Of a DNA stretch of 22,015 nt, positions 16,026 through 22,015 are shown piece by piece. A program made the translations under genes and the position numbers. The notes under the pieces are model-generated. The model made no database searches. It had not been told where the DNA came from and worked only from the letters and a program-made list of their open reading frames with translations. The DNA is from a virus (taxonomy: Duplodnaviria; Heunggongvirae; Uroviricota; Caudoviricetes): the IMG/VR virus record IMGVR_UViG_3300028797_000113; one strand, written 5' to 3'. How positions within the stretch are numbered: the first letter of the stretch is position 1; each line of letters starts with the position of its first letter.

Positions 16026-16544
16026 ATGGCAGAAATTAAATGCGAAATCAAAAAAGATTTAGGAAGTCTTGGCGGTAAAAAGAAACTGACATATACCGCT
16101 TGGAACGGGAACGCTCCGAAGTTTGATATTAGAGACTGGTATGAGAACGGCAATGCTGGAAAGGGCGTGACTTTGGACAAGGCAGAGTTGGAAAGCCTTT
16201 ATAAATTATTGCAGACCGTCTTTGAGTCAGCCGAAGAGGAAACAGAAGAAGTAATCGAAAATCCTTGGGATGAAGAAGAAGCGAAGCCCGCACCGAAAGA
16301 TAAAACACTGGAACTTTTAAACAAATATCCCGACGAGGTACAGCAGAAATTTGACGCCCTTGATGAATTATTTAAAGGCTTTACGGTTGAAAAGGCATAC
16401 GGCAAAATGCCCTTTGCAGACGGAAACAGACTTCAGTATTCAGTCAAGAAAGGAAAGTTTCCGATATATGAAAGCACGTTGACAAAGTTAGGACTTAATT
16501 GGTTCATAACAGATATTGGTAACTTATATATTTATACACTGTAG
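16026..16544 (+). CDS. YdbC / PC4-like protein with acidic linker and extra C-terminal domain (172 aa)
   Basis: IKCEIKKDLG...AWNGNAPKFDIRDW...GKGVTLDKAEL; GAGGAGGTG RBS. Confidence 0.85.
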   Translation: MAEIKCEIKKDLGSLGGKKKLTYTAWNGNAPKFDIRDWYENGNAGKGVTLDKAELESLYKLLQTVFESAEEETEEVIENPWDEEEAKPAPKDKTLELLNKYPDEVQQKFDALDELFKGFTVEKAYGKMPFADGNRLQYSVKKGKFPIYESTLTKLGLNWFITDIGNLYIYTL

Positions 16545-16555
16545 GAGGTGATAAT

Positions 16556-17299
16556 ATGCCGAACTGGGTTTACAACGATTTAACAATTAAAAAAGAAGAC
16601 AGAGCATTTGTATTAGATGTTGAAGGAAACCCTGACTTTAATGTTCTTTGTCCTATGGCACAGTCTTTGTGCGACACCATTTCTCCCGTAAGAAAAGATG
16701 CAATTTATCTTTACTTGTCAGAGAAGTGTACAAAGGGAGTTCATCATACATTGATCGAAAAGCACGACATACGTCCTGAAGATGTCAAGGCTGCAAGAGA
16801 ACTTCTTGAAGAAACCGAACCTCAATTCAGCAATTTAGGTTCATGGAGCGACAGAAAGAAGATTCCCCACGAAGAATACGTGGAAGAATATTATACCATC
16901 GGTAAGAACTATGTAGAGAATCTAGAAAACTACGGAACATATACGTGGTATGATTGGGCTAACAGAAACTGGGGAACAAAATGGAATGCGGGCGACGGTT
17001 ACGTAGAAGAAGTCGGAGATTATTTACACATCCATTTCGATACCGCTTGGTGCTACCCTGATGGTTGGCTTTTTGCGCTTTCAAAGAAGTGCCACTTCCA
17101 CTTGGCTTGGGAAGAAGAACAGGGCTACCGCGGAATTGTCTACAACAACGAAGATGGTTGGGGAGAAGTCGATTTGCCTATGCTTGAGTGGGAAGAAGAT
17201 GAATACGGAGATTGTGTGCAGTCCGAAGACGAGTATGGCGACGACTGGATATATGTCGACATTGATACCGTATTCCCCGACTATCCTAAACGAGTGTAA
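16556..17299 (+). CDS. DUF1281 / YubB (Api92-like ferredoxin-like domain) family protein
   Basis: MPNW.YN.L.I, DFN.L.PM, WYDW...NWGTKWNA and FDTAW..P signatures. Confidence 0.85.
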   Translation: MPNWVYNDLTIKKEDRAFVLDVEGNPDFNVLCPMAQSLCDTISPVRKDAIYLYLSEKCTKGVHHTLIEKHDIRPEDVKAARELLEETEPQFSNLGSWSDRKKIPHEEYVEEYYTIGKNYVENLENYGTYTWYDWANRNWGTKWNAGDGYVEEVGDYLHIHFDTAWCYPDGWLFALSKKCHFHLAWEEEQGYRGIVYNNEDGWGEVDLPMLEWEEDEYGDCVQSEDEYGDDWIYVDIDTVFPDYPKRV

Positions 17300-17328
17300 A
17301 AAATGAATGATGATTAAGGAGGTGTAGT

Positions 17329-17523
17329 ATGGCAAGATATAGAGTAATGATTGAGTATGAATATCCCGAAAAGGAAATCCCTATTAACAACAACTCAACA
17401 ATGATCGGTCACTATCGACCAGACGACGTCATTGTTAAAATCGGATGCGATTTTGTAAGTGCAACGGTTTTGGATAATCAAATGGCAGTAATGCAGGAGG
17501 AAGATTATGACGATTTTCAATAA
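17329..17523 (+). CDS. Hypothetical protein (64 aa)
   Basis: TAAGGAGGTG RBS. Confidence 0.8.
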   Translation: MARYRVMIEYEYPEKEIPINNNSTMIGHYRPDDVIVKIGCDFVSATVLDNQMAVMQEEDYDDFQ

Positions 17524-17551
17524 ATCTGAGTATACTAAGGAGGATAACACT

Positions 17552-18034
17552 ATGAGCGGATTAGAGAAGTTTAAAACAGAGATTCAGGCAGAAGTCGACA
17601 AGGCTTCGGATGAAGCGAAACAGAATGCTCAGGCTCAGGCAAACACCATTATTGCTCATCTTGAGAGCGTGTGTGATGCAGAGTATGACGGTCTACTGAA
17701 TCAGCCTCACAAATCATTCCGTAGAATGTGGATATTTGTGAGAGAAAAGGCAAGGGAAAGAGCCGTAGATGGTTGCGCTTTTATTGATGACGCAACAGTG
17801 TTCGGGTGGATCGACGAATATGTTGGGCTTGACGACAAAGAAGAAGTTGAAGCAGAAGAAAAGACAGAAAAGGAAAAGGCAAATAAAAAGCCCGCAAAGA
17901 AAACTGCTGCCAAGCCGACAAAAAAGACCGAGAAGTTTGATGTCGAAAAGGAAATCAAGAACGTACAGGCAGAGATTAAGAAACAGCACAAGATTTCTGA
18001 GGCAAGGCAGATGAGCATATTTGATTTGATGTAG
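17552..18034 (+). CDS. PcfK-like / AcrIIA9-family protein (160 aa)
   Basis: KSF..MW.FV.EKAR..AVDGCAFIDDATVFGWIDEY core, K/A-rich linker, terminal QMSIFDLM; directly upstream of a PcfJ gene; TAAGGAGG RBS before ATG 17552. Confidence 0.8.
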   Translation: MSGLEKFKTEIQAEVDKASDEAKQNAQAQANTIIAHLESVCDAEYDGLLNQPHKSFRRMWIFVREKARERAVDGCAFIDDATVFGWIDEYVGLDDKEEVEAEEKTEKEKANKKPAKKTAAKPTKKTEKFDVEKEIKNVQAEIKKQHKISEARQMSIFDLM

Positions 18035-18045
18035 GAGGTGGTTCT

Positions 18046-19545
18046 ATGAAATTGACCGCGTCAATGAAAAAGTTTCTGAAAAATGATGTCGTACCGAACT
18101 ACATTATCTATTCAAGAGATGAGCAGTATGCATATTGTACGCATTGTCAGAAAGAAGTAACCATTGAATTTAAAGGCACAAGGCCCGGAAGAAAGATACA
18201 GTGTCCTTCTTGTAAGAAGATGACAACGCTCAAAGCAAAAGGAAAGACAAAAAATTCTTTCTTTGACAGTGGCGTTGGTATCATTATGGAGAAACTTGAC
18301 GAAGTCATTATCCATTATTACGACGTTAACAAGACATACCACAAAGATGGAACGCTTGCTTACTGCGACATCCACGAATGTTTGAGAGAGTCGTTCGACG
18401 AGAATGGTTTAATAGAAGCGTGGGATAATTCGTGGTCATACGGCTGGAAGAAATGCAGAATAAATGAATATTCCACATACACTACCGCCAAAGGAGAGCC
18501 AGTATTACACATCAACACTAATTGGCAACACACAAATATATACACAAAGAACATTAAAGATGTCATCGTCGGAACCGCTTGGGAAAAGAGCTGTATGGAT
18601 GGCATTTTCAAACTTAAAACGGAGAATTATTACTGGCGCAACATTAGAAATTTCCTTTTGAGTTATCCTAAAACAAAAATAGACGAATATCTCTACAAGG
18701 TAGGGTTCTATGAACTTGCTTCTTGTTCGGTGTTTGGTTATTTACCCGAAAGGGCATCTGAAAAGACATTGCCCGAAATGCTTATGGTCAGCAAAGAACA
18801 TTATAAAGCAATGCTGAAGCAAGGGAATCCTACTTATGACGAGTTGCGCAAACGTCAGAGAATGACGCAGTATAACTTCCCTGAATGTGACTGGGAAATC
18901 TTTAAAAAATATTTTGAAGACCACTCATATTACGATCCGTTCGGTACAACAACATGGGACGAAATCAAAAAGTATTTTCCCAAAACGCTTCATCAGTTCG
19001 GGAAGTATGCTAATACTATCCCGGGCTTTGACACAAAATATTACAGAGATTATCTGGATATGTGCCACCAGTTAGGTTATGACTTAAACAATACATTCGT
19101 TTTATTCCCCAGAGATTTGAACCAAGCACACGATTTATGTGTTGACGCAATTAACAGAAGAAACGAACGCAAAGCAAAGAGAGAAGCACGCAAGCAAGCA
19201 AAGAACTATGAGTCTTTAAGACAGAAATATGTTGAGCAGTATTCATACGACAAAGGAAACTTATCTATCATAGTTCCCGAAGATACGGAGGCAATAAGCA
19301 AAGAAGGTCAGGCTCTGCGCCATTGCGTTGGCTCTTATGTTTCAAGAGTGGCAAACGGCGAAACAATTATTCTCTTTGTGAGAAGAAAGAAATCTCTGAA
19401 AAAATCTTACTACACTATGGAAGTGAAGAACGGAGAAATCGTTCAGTGCAGAGGTTTTAAGAACGATGACTGCAACGCAGAAGTCAAAAGATTCATTAAG
19501 TCTTTTGCAAGGGACACTCATTTAAGAATGGGAGATATAGCATAA
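18046..19545 (+). CDS. PcfJ domain-containing protein (499 aa) with N-terminal CxxC...CxxC zinc-binding motif
   Basis: YRDYLDM...FP.DL.QAHD and EGQALRHCVGSY...ILFVR...YYTMEV...IVQCRG..N signatures; CTHC...CPSC. Confidence 0.9.
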   Translation: MKLTASMKKFLKNDVVPNYIIYSRDEQYAYCTHCQKEVTIEFKGTRPGRKIQCPSCKKMTTLKAKGKTKNSFFDSGVGIIMEKLDEVIIHYYDVNKTYHKDGTLAYCDIHECLRESFDENGLIEAWDNSWSYGWKKCRINEYSTYTTAKGEPVLHINTNWQHTNIYTKNIKDVIVGTAWEKSCMDGIFKLKTENYYWRNIRNFLLSYPKTKIDEYLYKVGFYELASCSVFGYLPERASEKTLPEMLMVSKEHYKAMLKQGNPTYDELRKRQRMTQYNFPECDWEIFKKYFEDHSYYDPFGTTTWDEIKKYFPKTLHQFGKYANTIPGFDTKYYRDYLDMCHQLGYDLNNTFVLFPRDLNQAHDLCVDAINRRNERKAKREARKQAKNYESLRQKYVEQYSYDKGNLSIIVPEDTEAISKEGQALRHCVGSYVSRVANGETIILFVRRKKSLKKSYYTMEVKNGEIVQCRGFKNDDCNAEVKRFIKSFARDTHLRMGDIA

Positions 19546-19558
19546 AGGAGGTGTAACA

Positions 19559-19765
19559 ATGGTAAAATATGCTTACGACATCACGCTTGATGGAAAACAC
19601 GTTGGAGATAGCGGAGATATATGGTTTGATACTTTCGAAGAAGCACAAGTAGATTCGGATAATTATATTATCTCTTGTCTAAAAGAAGAATATAAAAGAC
19701 CGTATCTGGATTTTGTTTGTGAAATCGGTGGCTATGATTTGGATGATGAGGAGGATGAAGAATGA
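19559..19765 (+). CDS. Hypothetical acidic protein (68 aa)
   Basis: AAGGAGGTG RBS; FDTFEEA motif, acidic tail. Confidence 0.85.
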   Translation: MVKYAYDITLDGKHVGDSGDIWFDTFEEAQVDSDNYIISCLKEEYKRPYLDFVCEIGGYDLDDEEDEE

Positions 19766-19986
19766 TTTTTGTTTTAAGAGATAGTGATTCATTAGACGTT
19801 GGAGCAATAATTACGACGGAAGACCCGTGGGGCGATGAACTTCAGGACATCATTGACAAGGTTAAAGAGAAATGGGAAGAAGAAGAATACCCCGACGATT
19901 TATTCACAGAGATCATTGAAGCATTGCCGGACAAGTACAAGGTATATGTTGGGATGGACGGCGATTTTGACACGATTTGGTATTAA
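19762..19986 (+). CDS. Hypothetical acidic protein (74 aa)
   Basis: GAGGAGG RBS, ATGA overlap. Confidence 0.85.
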   Translation: MIFVLRDSDSLDVGAIITTEDPWGDELQDIIDKVKEKWEEEEYPDDLFTEIIEALPDKYKVYVGMDGDFDTIWY

Positions 19987-19998
19987 GGAGGTGTAAAT

Positions 19999-20286
19999 AT
20001 GAAAAAAGAATTTTATGCAGTTAAGATTTTAGCAAACGGAACAAAGGAACTGGAGAAAAAAGAGGGAGATTATGACACAAGAGGAGTGTTATTCCACAAG
20101 GAATCGGACGGATGGGCAGTCACTGATTCTTATACTGGAAGCGTCATCATAGGAAGCCAGCCTACAAAGGAAGACGCAAAGAAAACACTTGCTCAGATGA
20201 TGCCGAAAGTCAAAAACTTAAGACAGGGCGAAGGCTATCTCAAAGCGGTAATTAATTATCAGGAGAAAGTTGCCAACGCAAAATAG
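19999..20286 (+). CDS. Hypothetical protein (95 aa)
   Basis: TAAGGAGGTG RBS. Confidence 0.85.
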   Translation: MKKEFYAVKILANGTKELEKKEGDYDTRGVLFHKESDGWAVTDSYTGSVIIGSQPTKEDAKKTLAQMMPKVKNLRQGEGYLKAVINYQEKVANAK

Positions 20287-20311
20287 AGGAGGTCAAGGGA
20301 GGAAATTCAAA

Positions 20312-20476
20312 GTGGACGTGATGAATGCAATAACTGATCTGTATGATATGACCGACGAGGAATTTTCTCGTTGGTCAAGTGAACACGGCAACTTGGTCGA
20401 GTACAGGTTTGACGCTTATCACGACGTCAAAGTGTACGAAGACGGATATGTAGAGAAATTTTACATAGGAGATTAA
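20312..20476 (+). CDS. Hypothetical protein (~54 aa; ...VKVYEDGY.E.FYIGD)
   Basis: GGGAGG RBS before GTG 20312 (ATG 20321 is an alternative start). Confidence 0.7.
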   Translation: MDVMNAITDLYDMTDEEFSRWSSEHGNLVEYRFDAYHDVKVYEDGYVEKFYIGD

Positions 20477-20478
20477 AA

Positions 20479-20778
20479 ATGGAACTGGTAGTAAATAAAT
20501 TAAAACCGTTTAAAACTATCGACTACTTAATGTTCGGACCACACAAAGTTGATGTAATCCACGCCGAATATAACAGAAGCGAATTGACGGCAGAGTTTGA
20601 CATTGACGATGACGAGAACAACGAGCTTCTGGAAACGATTCTGGATTACGATATAACAGAAGCGGTTCTGTATGACGAAGAACTTGAACCATTTACCGTC
20701 CCGGCTGACGAAGTGGCAGAATACTTTGAAACGATTACATTCTACGCAAACGGACACGAGTGCATATATGCAGTATAA
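20479..20778 (+). CDS. Hypothetical acidic protein (99 aa)
   Basis: AGGAG RBS. Confidence 0.85.
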   Translation: MELVVNKLKPFKTIDYLMFGPHKVDVIHAEYNRSELTAEFDIDDDENNELLETILDYDITEAVLYDEELEPFTVPADEVAEYFETITFYANGHECIYAV

Positions 20779-20789
20779 AGGAGATTTAT

Positions 20790-20942
20790 ATGAAATGGAG
20801 AAGCGCACAAAAAAGAGATAAACCTTATCGCGTTGTAAAAGAAACGAGATGCAATGGCAAGTCATATTACACCGTAATATTTCAACCAAAGAACATCGGC
20901 ACAACTGCTTGTCCTAAAACGAATAACAACAAAGGAGAATAA
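20790..20942 (+). CDS. Hypothetical basic protein (50 aa)
   Basis: AAAGGAG RBS before ATG 20790. Confidence 0.6.
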   Translation: MKWRSAQKRDKPYRVVKETRCNGKSYYTVIFQPKNIGTTACPKTNNNKGE

Positions 20943-20945
20943 CTT

Positions 20946-21335
20946 ATGAATATGACTAACGCAGACTTTAAAGCAATAGAGAAAGCACTGGCACTGCTGC
21001 CACAGGGCGAAGCATTTGACGCTCTTCCTAAAAAAGACCAAGACACCATCATACAAGCAGATATTGTTATGGTTAATCTACTGAGAAAAAAGAAAAAGGA
21101 TGTGGCAAGACAGGTTGCTTACATCAATAACAAAAGAAAAGAGAATCCGAATTACGGAAGGGGACAGACAATGTATAAACGTAAGACAAGAGATTACTGG
21201 AGCATTCATTCGCAGTACGGAGTTGAGTGTAACTGCGACACATATCCCGAAGCAAAGGCAAATAAAAGGGATTATGAAGAAAATGTTGATTATCCTGTGT
21301 GGATTGAGAAGCACAGAGAAAGGATAAGTGATTAA
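20946..21335 (+). CDS. Hypothetical protein (129 aa), possibly two genes fused in frame (internal ATG 21171)
   Basis: AAAGGAG RBS; internal GGAAGGGGA RBS-like sequence before MYKRKTRDYW. Confidence 0.8.
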   Translation: MNMTNADFKAIEKALALLPQGEAFDALPKKDQDTIIQADIVMVNLLRKKKKDVARQVAYINNKRKENPNYGRGQTMYKRKTRDYWSIHSQYGVECNCDTYPEAKANKRDYEENVDYPVWIEKHRERISD

Positions 21336-21500
21336 ATGAATGAATTTATTTGTTGTATCTGCGGCAGAAAAGTAAAAGAATGGGGCAATGATCCGTGGCC
21401 CGTTATGTTAGATGATAACGCAAAATGTTGTAACAAGTGTGATTTGGAAGTGGTACTTCCGGCGAGGTTAAAAATGATGGAGGATAAAGATAATGAGTAG
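21336..21500 (+). CDS. Small Cys-rich putative zinc-binding protein (54 aa)
   Basis: Not in the track; C-ICG...GNDPWPV...CCNKC...V.PAR pattern; AAAGGA RBS. Confidence 0.8.
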   Translation: MNEFICCICGRKVKEWGNDPWPVMLDDNAKCCNKCDLEVVLPARLKMMEDKDNE

Positions 21501-21960
21501 AATCGAAGAACTTAAAGATAACATTTATGATTACTTTAGAGAAAACGAAGATGAATTTGTAACTGCAATCGAAGCGCTGGACAGTTATTGTGGATATCTG
21601 GGAGATGACCGTGTCGAATATATGGATGCAATTAACGAATTGTTCTGCAACACCGAACCTCTCACTGTTCTTTATCGTGCCTTTTATGGACACGATGGCG
21701 ATAACTGGTCGACAGATGAGCATGGAGATGTTCACTATGCAGAGTTCAACCCTAATAGAGAATATTTTTACTTCAACGGATATGGAAACTTCGTGTCGAC
21801 CGATTTCAAAGACTACAGCGACCATCTCGATAAGTATTTTATCGACAAGGTAATTGACGAATTTAATAACATCAAGGACGATTTGCCTTCAGAAGTTGTT
21901 GAATGGATCGAAGAAATTGAAAATCTCAAAGTTAACGGAGGTGATGAGGATGAACAGTAA
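21493..21960 (+). CDS. Highly acidic conserved-type phage protein (155 aa; FNPN.EYFYFNGYGN motif); DNA-mimic candidate
   Basis: GGAGG RBS; D/E-rich. Function is inference only. Confidence 0.85.
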   Translation: MSRIEELKDNIYDYFRENEDEFVTAIEALDSYCGYLGDDRVEYMDAINELFCNTEPLTVLYRAFYGHDGDNWSTDEHGDVHYAEFNPNREYFYFNGYGNFVSTDFKDYSDHLDKYFIDKVIDEFNNIKDDLPSEVVEWIEEIENLKVNGGDEDEQ

Positions 21961-22015
21961 GGAATTATTAGAAAAGTTCCCGACATACGAGGAATACAAA
22001 AGAATAAAGCAAGAA
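21950..22015 (+). CDS. 5' part of a hypothetical protein, truncated by the window edge
   Basis: GGAGGTGA RBS, ATG 21950, MNSKELLEKFPTYEEYKRIKQE, open to the end. Confidence 0.7.
   Translation, partial: MNSKELLEKFPTYEEYKRIKQE

Noticed and set aside
2699-21825. Numerous minus-strand and alternative-frame track ORFs overlapping the + array
   Set aside because: Shadow ORFs of RBS-supported + strand genes; hydrophobic antisense-type composition and no RBS.
2801-22015. Stop-codon reassignment (TAG/TGA recoding, seen in some gut phages)
   Set aside because: Genes tile well in code 11, and TAG and TGA stops are directly followed by a new RBS and start.

Overview
The window looks like the left end or early (host-takeover-type) region of a large Firmicutes (Clostridia/Lachnospiraceae-like) phage. 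The leading region of a large conjugative element cannot be excluded, because no structural, replication or transfer hallmark gene is present. 1-118 is the 5' part of a leftward gene. ~140-940 is an AT-rich non-coding control region with an inverted repeat, iteron-like direct repeats and sigma70-type promoter matches. ~945-2758 is a ~1.8 kb tract of near-continuous potential helices that I interpret as a candidate giant structured RNA. It carries one 132-aa ORF looped out by a 34-nt long-range stem. From 2801 to the right edge, about 55 mostly small, often acidic genes run on the + strand with strong AGGAGG-type RBSs. Recognisable families are DUF5688, DUF4313, two YdbC/PC4-like proteins, a DUF1281/YubB-like protein, a PcfK/AcrIIA9-like protein and a PcfJ protein. 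The motif (A)CGGAAA is strongly enriched, on the + strand only and in all three codon registers. It starts right after the structured tract and fades to zero along the operon. Family calls are from motif recognition and all counts are manual; no searches were run.
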